From contig DAOUGC010000056.1 of assembly GCA_034429695.1 (NCBI GenBank), positions 32,359 to 96,358 of the forward strand: a stretch of DNA of 64,000 nt, given 5' to 3'. This stretch comes from Levilinea sp. (GTDB lineage Bacteria; Chloroflexota; Anaerolineae; Anaerolineales; Anaerolineaceae). Under the pieces are notes generated by a model, which saw nothing but the letters and a program-made list of their open reading frames with translations, was not told the origin of the DNA and ran no database searches. Positions 17,805 to 28,124 of the stretch are shown one piece after another (the first letter of the stretch is position 1; each line of letters starts with the position of its first letter). The translations under genes and the position numbers were made by a program.

Positions 17805-19673
17805 TTACTCCCAGTTCCAGTCGTCTTCGCCCTTGTGTTTGCGGTGCACGATGGTCAGGTCGCGATCAGGATCGTACTCCACTTCCACATGGCGCTTCTT
17901 CTTGCCCTTCTTGCCCTTCTTCTTGCCTTTCTTGTCGTCGCCCTCTTCCTCTTCTTCATCAGTGGCAGCGGGGACGGTGAACTCATCCTTCAACTGGAAC
18001 AGACTGCTGAAATCAGCCTCTTCCTCAGCTTCCGGCTCGCTCACAGTATCAACGGGCAACACGGCTTCAGCGGGTTCAACCTCGGCTTCAGCGGTAACAG
18101 GCTCTTCTGCTTCTTCAACTTCTGCAGGCAACACGGCTTCGGCAGGGGCAATTTCTTCCGCTTCAGACTTTGCCTCAGAAGGATATAACTGGGCGGTGTA
18201 GTTCAGAATCTCAGACATTGCCTTGGGGCCGATACCCTGCAGGCGGAAGACCGAGTCAGGATCCACGCGTACACGCTGCAGCAGATCGCCTACCGTGTAG
18301 ATCTCGGATTCCTGCAGCGCGGTCGCGATGTGTTCTGACAGGCCGCTGTCGAGGATGGCGGTATTGTAGACGTCCTCAGGGATGAGCGCGCGCAGTTCGC
18401 GTGAGGCTTCGTCTTCTTCCGGACGGCTTGCCGGCTGCTGGCGCATCACACGCCGCTCCACACGGTCCACAAACCGGCCCATCTGATCATACTCTTCGGG
18501 ATTAAGCGCACGACCTTCGTTCTTCTTCATCAACATGCCGCGCACGGTTTCCACCACCTCGGCTTCCTGCTCGGCAATCGCGGCAAGGGTCGGGTCGCCT
18601 TCCAGGCGCAGGATGGTATCGTTGGCAGCCTCGGTGAGGCTCTTGATGTCAATGCGCCAGCCGGTCAACTTGGCAGCCAGACGGGCATTCTGCCCATCGC
18701 GGCCAATCGCCAGGCTGAGCTGATCTTCGGGGACCACCACGGTGGCGGTCTTGCCGGTTCCAGCTTTTTCGTTCAGATATACCCCCACCACGCGCGCCGG
18801 GCTGATTGCCTTGGCAATAAACTGAGCCGGGTCGGGGTTCCATTCGATCACGTCAATTTTTTCATCGTGCAGCTCGCGCACGATGGTCTGGATGCGCATA
18901 CCGCGCACACCCACACAGGCGCCCACCGGGTCAATGCCAGACTGCGTGGCTGAAACAGCCACCTTGGCGCGCTGACCTGGCTCGCGGGCGATGGAGCGGA
19001 TCTCCACCACACCGTGGTAGATCTCGGGCACTTCGTTTTCAAGCAGGCGGCGCAGAAAGTCCCGATGGGTGCGGGAAAGCACGATCTGCGGACCACGCGG
19101 GTTGTCTTTTACTTCAGCCACCAGCGCGCGCACGCGGTCATGAATGCGGAAACGCTCGCCAGGGATGGTGTCTTTGCGGGCCATGAAACCCTCGGCGCGC
19201 ATTTCCATGCCGATGGTAAGCCCCTGCGAATTAACCGCCTGCACAGCACCACTGACGATCTCACCCAGTTGTTTCTGGAAGAACGCCATCTGCGCCTGCC
19301 GTTCAGCATCGCGAATACGCTGCTGGATCACCTGTCGGGCGGTCTGGGCTGCCACGCGGCCAAAATCACGCGGGGTGCTTTCCACAATCACCATTGCGCC
19401 GAGTTCAGCCTCGGGGCTGTAGCGTTGCGCCTCAGCCAGACTTACCTCAGTGCGCGGGTCCACCACCACGTCCACAACCTCTTTTTCGGCAAAGATGACA
19501 ACCTTCCCGGTATCGGGATCAATTTTTGCTTCAATATGTTGGGCATTGGAGGCGTTCACCGCACGACGATAAGCTGATACCATGGCAGACTCAATTGCCT
19601 GCAGGATAATTTCTTTTGGAAGCTGTTTTTCTTCCAGTACTTCATTGAACGCCAGGATAAATTCGTTCTTCAT
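17805..19673 (-). CDS. nusA: transcription termination/antitermination factor NusA with an approx. 125-aa acidic/Lys-rich C-terminal extension
   Basis: N-terminal domain, S1, KH1/KH2 ([25 protein letters not shown]) and an HhH region ([10 protein letters not shown]). Start is ATG 19673. Confidence 0.95.
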   Translation of the reverse strand: MKNEFILAFNEVLEEKQLPKEIILQAIESAMVSAYRRAVNASNAQHIEAKIDPDTGKVVIFAEKEVVDVVVDPRTEVSLAEAQRYSPEAELGAMVIVESTPRDFGRVAAQTARQVIQQRIRDAERQAQMAFFQKQLGEIVSGAVQAVNSQGLTIGMEMRAEGFMARKDTIPGERFRIHDRVRALVAEVKDNPRGPQIVLSRTHRDFLRRLLENEVPEIYHGVVEIRSIAREPGQRAKVAVSATQSGIDPVGACVGVRGMRIQTIVRELHDEKIDVIEWNPDPAQFIAKAISPARVVGVYLNEKAGTGKTATVVVPEDQLSLAIGRDGQNARLAAKLTGWRIDIKSLTEAANDTILRLEGDPTLAAIAEQEAEVVETVRGMLMKKNEGRALNPEEYDQMGRFVDRVERRVMRQQPASRPEEDEASRELRALIPEDVYNTAILDSGLSEHIATALQESEIYTVGDLLQRVRVDPDSVFRLQGIGPKAMSEILNYTAQLYPSEAKSEAEEIAPAEAVLPAEVEEAEEPVTAEAEVEPAEAVLPVDTVSEPEAEEEADFSSLFQLKDEFTVPAATDEEEEEGDDKKGKKKGKKGKKKRHVEVEYDPDRDLTIVHRKHKGEDDWNWE

Positions 19674-19858
19674 CCCCAAACACTCCGGTTATAGTCCTTT
19701 ATATGCAGAAAAGTGGGGGTCTCCCACTTTTCGTTGCTCGTGAATACGCACAACTCAAGTTTCAAATATTTTAACATAGATCGAAGCGGAAGGCAAGGCT
19801 ATAATTAAGGTGCATGATCATCATTATCCGGGACAACAAACACCCCGTGGAGGAGTAT

Positions 19859-21466
19859 ATGACCGATAACTGGCTGTGGTGGCGTGATGGCATCATCTAT
19901 CAAATCTATCCGCGCTCTTTTCAAGATAGCAATAACGATGGCATTGGCGACCTGCGCGGGATCATTCAACGGCTGGACCATCTAAAAACCCTGGGCGTGG
20001 ACGCCATCTGGCTGTCGCCGTTCTACCCCTCGCCGGATGTTGACTTTGGCTACGACGTTTCCGATTATACCGGCATTGACCCCAAATACGGGACCATGCA
20101 GGATTTTGCCGATCTGGTCGAACAAGCGCACCAGAGAAACATCCATATTGTGGTTGACCTGGTGCTCAACCACACCTCTGATCAACATCCCTGGTTTGTG
20201 GAAAGCCGTTCCAGCAAGGACAACCCCCACCGCGACTGGTACATATGGGCCGAAGGGCGCGGCAACCGCCCACCCAACAACTGGGCTTCGGTGTTCGGCG
20301 GCAAAGGCTGGGAGCTGGACCCCGCCACGGGGCAGTATTACTTCCACATGTTTTACAAGGAACAACCCGACCTCAACTGGCACAACCCGGCTGTGCGCGA
20401 GGAAATGCTCAACGTCTTCCGCTTCTGGCTGCAACAGGGGGTGGACGGCTTCAGATTGGACGTTTTCAACGTCTATTTCAAACACAAAGACTTGCAGGAT
20501 AACCCGGCCCAGTTCCATCCGGTGGGATCGCTGTATCCCTTCATCGGTCAGCGCCATACCAATGACTGCGATCAGCCGGAGATGCTGCCGCTGCTATCTG
20601 ATGTGCGCGCCATCCTGGATGAAAAGCCGGGCCGTTATGTGGTGGGTGAGACCTTTCTCTCCACGCCTGAAAGCGCGGCACGTTACTGCGGTGACAATTT
20701 GCTGCACGCCGCGTTTAACTTCCAGTTCCTGCACTGCCGCTGGAAACCCGGTGACTTTCTGAAAAGCATCCAAAAATGGGAACAGGCGCTCTCTCCAGAA
20801 ACCTTCCCCAACTACGTGCTCTCCAATCACGATGTGGTGCGCGCCGCCACCCGTTATGGGCGCGGTGAAAGTGATGAACGCCTGAAGGTCGCGGCTGCAT
20901 TGCTGCTCACCCAGCGCGGCACGCCGTACATCTACTACGGCGAGGAGATCGGGATGAGGGATATTCCGCTGACGCGCGACATGGTTCAGGACCCCATCGG
21001 CAAACGTTTCTGGCCCTTCATGAAAGGCCGCGACGGCTGCCGCTCGCCCATGCAGTGGAATGCCGACCACGCCGCTGGTTTTTCCGCAGGGCAACCCTGG
21101 CTGCCGGTCAACAAAAATTATGTTGATCGCAACGTCGAAAGCCAGACAGCCGACCCGGATTCACTGTTCAATTTCTACCGCAAGCTGATCCAGCTCCGCC
21201 GCGAAACCCCCGTGCTGCGCGAAGGCATGTTTGTGCCGCTCACCTTTGACCCGCGCGCCGTGCTGGCTTATCTGCGCAAGGACGGCGATCAAACCATCAT
21301 GGTGGCATTGAATTTCAGCCGACGCAGGGTCCCATTTGTGCTCGGCTCAGACCTGGCGCGGGGGCGCTGGCGTTTGCTGCTTTCCAGCAAGCGCGACCAG
21401 GTGGAGATCACCGACCGCCTGCTGCCGCTTGAACCGGAAGAAGCGGTCATTATGATCCAGGAATAA
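19859..21466 (+). CDS. GH13 alpha-glucosidase / oligo-1,6-glucosidase family
   Basis: WWRDGIIYQIYPRSFQDSNNDGIGD, DLVLNHTS, GFRLDV and EEIG motifs. GGAGGAG RBS before ATG 19859. Confidence 0.9.
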   Translation: MTDNWLWWRDGIIYQIYPRSFQDSNNDGIGDLRGIIQRLDHLKTLGVDAIWLSPFYPSPDVDFGYDVSDYTGIDPKYGTMQDFADLVEQAHQRNIHIVVDLVLNHTSDQHPWFVESRSSKDNPHRDWYIWAEGRGNRPPNNWASVFGGKGWELDPATGQYYFHMFYKEQPDLNWHNPAVREEMLNVFRFWLQQGVDGFRLDVFNVYFKHKDLQDNPAQFHPVGSLYPFIGQRHTNDCDQPEMLPLLSDVRAILDEKPGRYVVGETFLSTPESAARYCGDNLLHAAFNFQFLHCRWKPGDFLKSIQKWEQALSPETFPNYVLSNHDVVRAATRYGRGESDERLKVAAALLLTQRGTPYIYYGEEIGMRDIPLTRDMVQDPIGKRFWPFMKGRDGCRSPMQWNADHAAGFSAGQPWLPVNKNYVDRNVESQTADPDSLFNFYRKLIQLRRETPVLREGMFVPLTFDPRAVLAYLRKDGDQTIMVALNFSRRRVPFVLGSDLARGRWRLLLSSKRDQVEITDRLLPLEPEEAVIMIQE

Positions 21467-21498
21467 AGTCAGCCCCAACCGCAGGCTAATCATAAGGT

Positions 21499-21545
21499 AA
21501 CCGGATGGTCAGGTGAAAACACCAGGCCATCCGGTTTTTACTTTT
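21499..21545 (+). terminator. rho-independent terminator after the glucosidase gene
   Basis: Long imperfect stem AACCGGATGG...CCATCCGGTT followed by TTTTACTTTTC. Confidence 0.7.
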
Positions 21546-21562
21546 CTTCATGGGGCAGGGAT

Positions 21563-22672
21563 CTACCCGCCGCCTGGTTCCCGTTCAAACTCCTCCAGCA
21601 CGTCCAGCCCAAACTCCACCCCCACCTCGGCGGCGATATCCTCCAATCCCCTGGCGACGCTTGCCATCAATGGTACACCGTGCTGCAGGTTGTACTCGCT
21701 GCGTTCAAACTCCTTCTCGCCGTGAATAAAGATGCGCTCCTGTCCCACCGCCTTTGGCGAGGTCTTGAGTTCGCGGATGGTTGCATCCATGTCACGCTTG
21801 AATTCCTCCACATCGCGGAAGGCATCCACGCGCATGGCGGCAAAGTAATGCCCCACGTTTGCCTGACCCGATGCCCCGCTGCGCCCCACCGCTGCGCCGT
21901 GCGCCGCGCCGGACAGCACCCCCGAGAAGATATCGACCCACAGGCTCAGCCCGTAGCCCTTGTAGCCGGACATGAAATCCACCCCACCCAGCGGCATCAA
22001 CGCCCCGCCCGTGAGCACCTCAGCCGGGGTCTGCGTGATCTCGCCGCGCCCGTTGATCCCCCAGCCCTCTGGCATCTGTTTTCCGGCTTTGTCGTACACG
22101 GTCACCTTGCCGATTGGCACAATCGAGGTCGCCATGTCCAGCACGTAAGGGCGTTCCTCCAGCGTTGGAACTGCAACGGCAATCGGGTTGGTGCCGATGA
22201 TCGGCGCTGAGCCGTAGGTGGGCGCCACCAGCGGTTGCGAATTGGTAAAGCTGATCCCGATCATGTCATGCGGCAGCGCCATCATGGCATAATACCCGGC
22301 AATGCCGTAATGATTGCTGTTGCGCACCGTCACCATTGAAACGCCCATCTCCCTGGCTTTTTCAATGCAGCGGGTCATGGCCTGTTTGGCGATCACCTGC
22401 CCCAGCCCGTTGCCGCCGTCCAGCAGCAGCGTGGTGGGCGTCTCACGCGCCACCGTCACCGGTGAGGTTGGGTCAATCAATCCTTTGCGCAGGCGCGAAC
22501 CGTAATAGGTGTTCAGCCGGATGATGCCGTGCGACTCCACCCCGCGCATGTCGGCAGCCAGTAAAACATCCGCCGCCACCACCGCATCCGGCTCAGAAAC
22601 GCCCAGTTTGCAGAAAAAACGCACCATGAAAGCGTGCAGGTCTTCAGCTCGAAAACGCAGATATTTAATCAT
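21563..22672 (-). CDS. Ldh_2 family (malate/L-lactate/ureidoglycolate-type) dehydrogenase
   Basis: 369 aa. HGIIRL, NSNHYGIAGYY and ATSIVPIGK motifs are characteristic of the type-2 malate/lactate dehydrogenase family. Confidence 0.8.
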   Translation of the reverse strand: MIKYLRFRAEDLHAFMVRFFCKLGVSEPDAVVAADVLLAADMRGVESHGIIRLNTYYGSRLRKGLIDPTSPVTVARETPTTLLLDGGNGLGQVIAKQAMTRCIEKAREMGVSMVTVRNSNHYGIAGYYAMMALPHDMIGISFTNSQPLVAPTYGSAPIIGTNPIAVAVPTLEERPYVLDMATSIVPIGKVTVYDKAGKQMPEGWGINGRGEITQTPAEVLTGGALMPLGGVDFMSGYKGYGLSLWVDIFSGVLSGAAHGAAVGRSGASGQANVGHYFAAMRVDAFRDVEEFKRDMDATIRELKTSPKAVGQERIFIHGEKEFERSEYNLQHGVPLMASVARGLEDIAAEVGVEFGLDVLEEFEREPGGG

Positions 22673-22816
22673 ACTTACCCCTCTATTCTCCCCGTCAGGC
22701 TGGCTTGCTTATGAGGGTATTATACAGAATCTGCGCCTGGCTTTCCATCAGCGCATCTTACAAACTGGCGTCGGACGCATCATGACAATCCTGCTCCCTC
22801 CGCCTCATAGGGGGAT

Positions 22817-23230
22817 TTATTCATTTGGGAAAAATTTTTGCATAAATGAAGCCGGCGTATGAATGGCCATGCCCTGAGTAATCAATGCTAAGAAATGTTT
22901 TATGTTTCCGGTTACCAGAGCCTGTGCATTCGCGGTTATGAATACCTCGACAAAGGGTAGATCATCCGGATCAGCAAACTCATCCAGGAGAAGTGGGGCG
23001 GCCTCAGTGTGACATCCATTTAGTTCGATGAATGCAATCACCTCTCGCGCACGCGCTGGATTTATCCGTAATTCCGGACGAGCCAGAACATCTTCGTACT
23101 CCCCCAGTATCCTATCGTCATAGGCAACCTGAAAATGACCATCAAGCGCCAGGTCCATTATCCTACCCGGGAACCCTGTGCCATTTAACAACCCGCTGAC
23201 AACCACATTGGTGTCCAGAACCACCAGCAT
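22817..23230 (-). CDS. PIN-domain toxin (type II TA system)
   Basis: MLVVLDTNVVVSGLL N-terminus plus later acidic residues. TAATG stop/start overlap with the upstream antitoxin gene. Confidence 0.8.
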   Translation of the reverse strand: MLVVLDTNVVVSGLLNGTGFPGRIMDLALDGHFQVAYDDRILGEYEDVLARPELRINPARAREVIAFIELNGCHTEAAPLLLDEFADPDDLPFVEVFITANAQALVTGNIKHFLALITQGMAIHTPASFMQKFFPNE

Positions 23231-23520
23231 TATTTCTTCCGCTCCTGCCGTGTCTTCTGAATGACCTCATCAACCTGCGAATCGGTCATCCGGTCCAACC
23301 CATTCTGGCGGGCCTGGGAACGAATTGCCCGGGCTGCCATTTGCGCGCGCAGTTTGGAGACCATTAACACAATGTCTTCAATGCTGTCATTGTCAGATAG
23401 ATCGATCATGATGGCAAAGGGTTTTCCATCCACGGTAACCACCAGTTGCCCATCCTCTTCAAGTTTTTGGCGCAGTACACCGGGTTCGTTTCTTAATAAC
23501 CGATAGGGAACGAATTCCAT
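23230..23520 (-). CDS. antitoxin partner of the PIN toxin (Phd/YefM-like fold suspected)
   Basis: 96 aa. AAGGAGG RBS before ATG 23520. 1-nt overlap with the PIN gene. An operator-like palindrome lies in its promoter. Confidence 0.65.
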   Translation of the reverse strand: MEFVPYRLLRNEPGVLRQKLEEDGQLVVTVDGKPFAIMIDLSDNDSIEDIVLMVSKLRAQMAARAIRSQARQNGLDRMTDSQVDEVIQKTRQERKK

Positions 23521-23530
23521 TTCAACCTCC

Positions 23531-23551
23531 TTGTAGCAAATATTGCTACAA
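23531..23551. promoter_or_regulatory. perfect 9-3-9 palindrome, probable TA operator
   Basis: TTGTAGCAA-ATA-TTGCTACAA, located between the predicted -10 and the antitoxin RBS. Confidence 0.6.
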
Positions 23552-23553
23552 TT

Positions 23554-23581
23554 AGTATACTCCATTTATCATTTATTTCAA
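23554..23581 (-). promoter_or_regulatory. promoter of the TA operon
   Basis: Minus strand: TTGAAA (plus 23576-23581), 16-nt spacer, TATACT (plus 23554-23559). Confidence 0.55.
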
Positions 23582-23628
23582 CCACGCTGCCTTTCCGATG
23601 GACACCCCGATCCTCCGATACCTGTTCG

Positions 23629-23660
23629 GAAAACAAAAAAGCCATCCAAAAGATGGCTTT
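23629..23660 (-). terminator. rho-independent terminator after gyrB
   Basis: Minus strand: AAAGCCATC-TTTTG-GATGGCTTT followed by TTTGTTTTC, 26 nt after the gyrB stop. Confidence 0.85.
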
Positions 23661-23685
23661 CGTTTATTCAAAAAAATTTATACCC

Positions 23686-25608
23686 CTACACGTCCAGGTT
23701 TCTCACGTCCCTGGCGTGGGTCTGGATGAAGCGCGTGCGCGGAGGCACGGCCGCGCCCATCAGCATGTCGAAGGTGCGGTCGGCTGCGGCGGCGTCGTCA
23801 ATCGTCACCTGCATCAGCGTGCGGTTGGCGGGGTTCATGGTGGTCTCCCACAACTGCTGCGGGTTCATTTCGCCCAGACCTTTGTAGCGCTGCAGCGAGG
23901 CCTTCTCGCCGCCCATCTCTTTGATCATGCGGTCCTTTTCGGTTTCGGTGTAGGCAAAGCGCACCTGGTTGCGGTGGGCGATGCGGTACAACGGCGGCTG
24001 GGCAATGTACAGATGGCCCTCTTCGATCAAGGACGGCATGTAGCGGAAAAAGAAGGTCAGCAGCAGGGTGCGGATGTGCGCGCCGTCAACGTCGGCATCG
24101 GTCATGATGATGATGCGCGAGTAACGCAGGTTGGTCAGGTCAAAGGTTTCGCCCACGCCGGTTCCAATGGCCGAGATCAAAGCCTTGACCTCGTTGTTGC
24201 CCAGGATCTTGTCCAGCCGGGCACGCTCGGTGTTGAGGATCTTGCCGCGCAGCGGCAGGATGGCCTGGAAGTGCCGGTCGCGGCCCTGTTTGGCCGAGCC
24301 GCCTGCCGACTCCCCCTCAACGATGTACAGTTCGGTGCGAGTGGCGTCGCGCTCAGAGCAGTCAGCCAGCTTGCCGGGCAGGGTCAGGCTTTCCAGCGCG
24401 CTCTTGCGGATCACCAGGTCACGCGCCTTGCGGGCAGCGTCACGCGCCCGGTACGAGGTGAGACATTTGGAGATGATCGCACGCGCCGCGGACGGATTCT
24501 CTTCCAGGAAGGCATAGAAAGCCTCGCCCACCACCTGGGTCACGTAGGTCTGCACCTCGGGGTTCATCAGTTTGACCTTGGTCTGCGATTCAAACTGCGG
24601 GTCGGGGTGCTTGACGGACACGATCGCGGTCAGGCCTTCGCGGGTGTCCTCACCCGAGAAGTTGGGGTCGTTTTCCTTGAGCAGGTTGTTCTTGCGGGCG
24701 TAATCGTTGATCACACGCGTGATGGCGGTGCGCAAACCGGTGAGGTGCGTGCCGCCGTCAATGGTGTTGATCGTGTTGGCAAACGAGTAGACCGATTCGT
24801 TGTAGGCGTCGGTGTACTGCACCGCCACTTCAACGCCAATGTTCTCGATTTCCTTCTCCATGTACACCACAGGGTGCAGGCTGTCGCGGTTGCGGTTGAT
24901 GTAACGCACAAATGACTGGATGCCGCCCTCAAAGAAAAAGCTCATCTCGCGGTGGGCGCGTTCGTCAATCAGCACAATGCGTACCTGGCGGGTGACAAAC
25001 GCCATCTCGCGGAAACGCTGACACAGTGTGTCAAAGCGAAAATCCACATCATCCTTGAAGATGGTGGTGTCAAAACGGAAGGTTGTACGGGTTCCGCTTT
25101 CACCCGGGTTGGCTTTGCCAATTTCCTTGACCTGCTCCTGCGGGATGCCGCGTTCATAGCGCTGGAAGAACACCCGTCCTTCCCGGCGCACTTCCACCTC
25201 GCACCATTCGGAGAGCGCATTCACCGCCGAGACGCCCACGCCGTGCAAACCGCCTGACACCTTATAGCTGCCTGAGCCGAACTTGCCGCCGGCGTGCAGG
25301 GTGGTCATCACCACCTCCAACGCCGATTTCTTCTTCTCAGGGTGAATGTCTGTGGGGATGCCGCGGCCATTGTCGTCAACGGTCACAGAACTATCGGGGT
25401 GAATGGTGACGATGATGCGGTCACACGAACCAGCCAGCGCTTCGTCAATGGAGTTATCCACCACCTCATATACCAGGTGATGCAACGCTTTAAGGTCAGT
25501 ACCACCAACATACATACCCGGGCGGCGGCGGACCGCCTCAAGCCCTTCCAGTACGGTGATGTCGGTCGCGGTATAAGATGTCTGGGGACGATTCCCTGCT
25601 TGTGCCAC
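23686..25608 (-). CDS. gyrB: DNA gyrase subunit B
   Basis: [39 protein letters not shown] and PLRGKILN motifs. Start reassigned to GTG 25608 behind GGAGG, giving about 640 aa. Confidence 0.95.
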   Translation of the reverse strand: MAQAGNRPQTSYTATDITVLEGLEAVRRRPGMYVGGTDLKALHHLVYEVVDNSIDEALAGSCDRIIVTIHPDSSVTVDDNGRGIPTDIHPEKKKSALEVVMTTLHAGGKFGSGSYKVSGGLHGVGVSAVNALSEWCEVEVRREGRVFFQRYERGIPQEQVKEIGKANPGESGTRTTFRFDTTIFKDDVDFRFDTLCQRFREMAFVTRQVRIVLIDERAHREMSFFFEGGIQSFVRYINRNRDSLHPVVYMEKEIENIGVEVAVQYTDAYNESVYSFANTINTIDGGTHLTGLRTAITRVINDYARKNNLLKENDPNFSGEDTREGLTAIVSVKHPDPQFESQTKVKLMNPEVQTYVTQVVGEAFYAFLEENPSAARAIISKCLTSYRARDAARKARDLVIRKSALESLTLPGKLADCSERDATRTELYIVEGESAGGSAKQGRDRHFQAILPLRGKILNTERARLDKILGNNEVKALISAIGTGVGETFDLTNLRYSRIIIMTDADVDGAHIRTLLLTFFFRYMPSLIEEGHLYIAQPPLYRIAHRNQVRFAYTETEKDRMIKEMGGEKASLQRYKGLGEMNPQQLWETTMNPANRTLMQVTIDDAAAADRTFDMLMGAAVPPRTRFIQTHARDVRNLDV

Positions 25609-25687
25609 AATAACCTCCAACGAGTTCAATGCAATAGATATTCTTACCGGTCCACAGGGAATCCCATTATCAGGGAAAGGGACGCGA

Positions 25688-26719
25688 TCATTGTTTGAAT
25701 GCAGCGGTGGGGTTGCCAGTACCCTTGCGCAGTGATTCCTGCATCCAGCGCATACCACCGGTGTAATAGACAAAACTGGAGCTGACCAGTGCCGTGCTGA
25801 CAAAGGCATGTCCAACCACCCCCACCAGCAACAACCATGATGATTCGGGCGGGATGCGCCAGATTACATCCATACCCTGACTGATCAACAGGACGATCAA
25901 CAGAAATAAACCCGTGCCCGGCAGGAAGAAGCGCACCAGTTTCAGGCTTGTCAACATGGATGCAGGGGCGGAGAGGCGGTAGGCAAACACCCCATGCGGT
26001 GAGAACACCAGCGGCATCAGCAGCCACAACGCCATCAGCCCCATCAGGAACAGACTGATCTGCACCAGCCCGGGGTTGATCATGGCAACAACCACCACCA
26101 TCAGGCTGATCGGAATCAGCATGATCACCATGAACACAATTGTGATCAGGGTTAACGAAACCATCTGCAGGTAATGCCAGAACAGATCCTTTAAGGCCGT
26201 GTTATCCCCGGCTTTCACTGGTTGCACCACCCGACCGATCTGCTGGAAGTACAGCGCACCCAAAAACAAACCGGCCAGCGCCAGCAACACCCACAGCCCC
26301 ACTGCCGCCCCCACTGAAGTGGTTTCCAGGAAGACAGCCTGTCCCAGGGGGGTTTCAACCGGTGAGTAAGCCGACAGCAGGCTGGAAACCCCAACCGGAT
26401 AGGTGCGCAGCATGGAGAACAGGTTAAAGCGGGTCAGTAATACATCATACATCTCGCGCACCTGCCCCACCCATTCGATCATGGTCTGGTCACCCATCTG
26501 CACCACCATGCGGTTGTACTCCTCCCACAGCGGCATCATCACATCGCGGATGCGCAAATGGGGCCCCAACCACAGGAACAAATCCAGCACCAATGGTGGA
26601 ATGACCAGGTGCAGATTATTGGTTACCGTATTAAAACCCACCGTGAGTGATTCAAACAGTTTCGGTGGGCTGATGGTGATGCTGTCAGTTTGACCTTCCA
26701 TAAACGTTGATTTTACCAT
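25688..26719 (-). CDS. polytopic membrane protein, unknown function
   Basis: 343-aa ORF with about 6 hydrophobic helices. Coding-like composition, no recognisable motif. Start uncertain. Confidence 0.6.
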   Translation of the reverse strand: MVKSTFMEGQTDSITISPPKLFESLTVGFNTVTNNLHLVIPPLVLDLFLWLGPHLRIRDVMMPLWEEYNRMVVQMGDQTMIEWVGQVREMYDVLLTRFNLFSMLRTYPVGVSSLLSAYSPVETPLGQAVFLETTSVGAAVGLWVLLALAGLFLGALYFQQIGRVVQPVKAGDNTALKDLFWHYLQMVSLTLITIVFMVIMLIPISLMVVVVAMINPGLVQISLFLMGLMALWLLMPLVFSPHGVFAYRLSAPASMLTSLKLVRFFLPGTGLFLLIVLLISQGMDVIWRIPPESSWLLLVGVVGHAFVSTALVSSSFVYYTGGMRWMQESLRKGTGNPTAAFKQ

Positions 26720-26848
26720 AAATCACTACAGACGTTTTTCCCGCGTTACGGGGTCATCCTCGTTTCATATTATAGAATTTTTGTTCAATTCCGTCAAGCA
26801 ATGTCCGTCAATTGCGGTTTTGGGACTTGGGCGATACAATTTATTGAG

Positions 26849-27670
26849 ATGGAAGAACGCCCCAACCTCCCTGACGCTGATCGCCTGTCCATTCTGGTCG
26901 CCTCCATATTACTTGCCTATGTTCTGGCATCATTCATCAACCTTGGTGGCGATCAATTGGGCTTGCAGTTACCCGGCTTCTTCTTTTCCATTGATCTCAG
27001 CGTGCAATCGGTCGTACGATTGCTGGTGGCGGTACTGGCTGCGGTTGGCGCAGACTGGCTGATCCGCTCGCACCCCGACCTGGGTGGGCAAACCACCATC
27101 CAGCATTGGATGCTGCCAGCCCTGACTGCCTGGGTGATCGGAGTACCCTTGAGCTCCATTGAGCCAGGTCCTGGCTGGTGGGGGGTGCTGGGGTTCGGTG
27201 CGCTGCTGCTCATTCTGGTGTTCATTGCAGAATACATCTCGGTCGATCTCTCCGGCGCGCTGTACGCACCCGCCACGGTGGGGCTTACCGCACTGTCTTT
27301 TGCGCTTGCGTTGATCCTCACCATCACCATCCGCGCGGGCAGCCTGCGCCTGTATTTGATCATCCCCGCTGTGGTGATCACCATTTTTCTGGTGGTGCTG
27401 CGCTCACTGTATATGCGGTTGGGAGGCAGGTGGTTGTGGGCATGGGCGGCTGCCATTGCCGTGGTGGTGGGACAGCTCGCCTTGGCATTTCACTACCTGC
27501 CCATTCGGCCATTAAGCTACGGGCTGCTCATTCTGGGCCCTGCCTACGCGCTCACCAGCCTGGCAGGAGCGTTGATTGAACAACGCCCTGGCCGCACGCT
27601 GTGGATTGAACCGGTGCTCATGCTGGTCGTCATCTGGGGTCTGGCAATTGCGCTGGGAGGCCTGGTGTGA
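26849..27670 (+). CDS. polytopic membrane protein, unknown function
   Basis: ORF 26801-27670. ATG 26849 (MEERPNLPD) lies 9 nt after a TACAAT box (26835-26840), so the transcript may be leaderless. About 7 TM helices. Its stop overlaps the JAMM gene start (GTGA). Confidence 0.6.
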   Translation: MEERPNLPDADRLSILVASILLAYVLASFINLGGDQLGLQLPGFFFSIDLSVQSVVRLLVAVLAAVGADWLIRSHPDLGGQTTIQHWMLPALTAWVIGVPLSSIEPGPGWWGVLGFGALLLILVFIAEYISVDLSGALYAPATVGLTALSFALALILTITIRAGSLRLYLIIPAVVITIFLVVLRSLYMRLGGRWLWAWAAAIAVVVGQLALAFHYLPIRPLSYGLLILGPAYALTSLAGALIEQRPGRTLWIEPVLMLVVIWGLAIALGGLV

Positions 27671-28077
27671 GGTCATGCCTGCGCCTGCCGGCTGCCATTC
27701 GCGATCAAATCATCACCCATGCCCGCAACCAGGTTCCACTGGAATGTTGCGGCATTCTGGCCGGGGTGGGCGAATCTGTTTCCGAGGTATTCGAAATTGA
27801 AAATGAATTGCGCAGCCCGGTGCGTTTTCGTATGAACCCTGCCGGGCAATGGGCGGCCATGCAGGCCATCTTCCCTGAACGCGAGATGACTGCGATTTAT
27901 CATTCCCATCCGGATGGCCCACCCCACCCCTCGCCCACTGACCTTGCAGAGCACAACTATCCAGAAAGCGCTGTGGTCATCCTCAGCCGTAACGCTTCAG
28001 GCGCATGGAACCTGCATGCTTACGAAATCATGGATGGACAGGCACACGCCATCCCTGTTATGATTGAACCTGCGTAA
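27667..28077 (+). CDS. JAMM/MPN (Mov34) family metalloprotease, stand-alone
   Basis: ECCGIL Glu motif and HSHPDGPPHPSPTD, i.e. H-x-H-x7-S-x2-D. 136 aa. Confidence 0.85.
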   Translation: MRSCLRLPAAIRDQIITHARNQVPLECCGILAGVGESVSEVFEIENELRSPVRFRMNPAGQWAAMQAIFPEREMTAIYHSHPDGPPHPSPTDLAEHNYPESAVVILSRNASGAWNLHAYEIMDGQAHAIPVMIEPA

Positions 28078-28124
28078 CCGGGGAACAGACCCGGTGTTTT
28101 ATCTGTCAGGAGGAACAAAATTAT

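Noticed and set aside
17880-17945. Short tandem cttcttgcc-type repeats
   Set aside because: They are the coding sequence of the [13 protein letters not shown] tract in the NusA tail (minus strand), not a non-coding repeat or array.
23653-24915. 420-aa plus-strand ORF
   Set aside because: It lies antisense to gyrB. The Gly/Val/Arg/His-rich, motif-free translation is typical of shadow ORFs in GC-rich genes, while gyrB on the other strand has unmistakable motifs.
25609-25815. 69-codon N-terminal extension of gyrB in the ORF track
   Set aside because: The Cys/Pro/Arg-rich extension has no GyrB homology. GTG 25608 with a GGAGG RBS gives the standard approx. 640-aa GyrB beginning just before the conserved region.
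25609-26800. Possible oriC because gyrB is often origin-proximal
   Set aside because: There is no dnaA/dnaN/recF nearby. I could not find clustered TTATCCACA-like DnaA boxes or an AT-rich unwinding element in the flanking intergenic regions.
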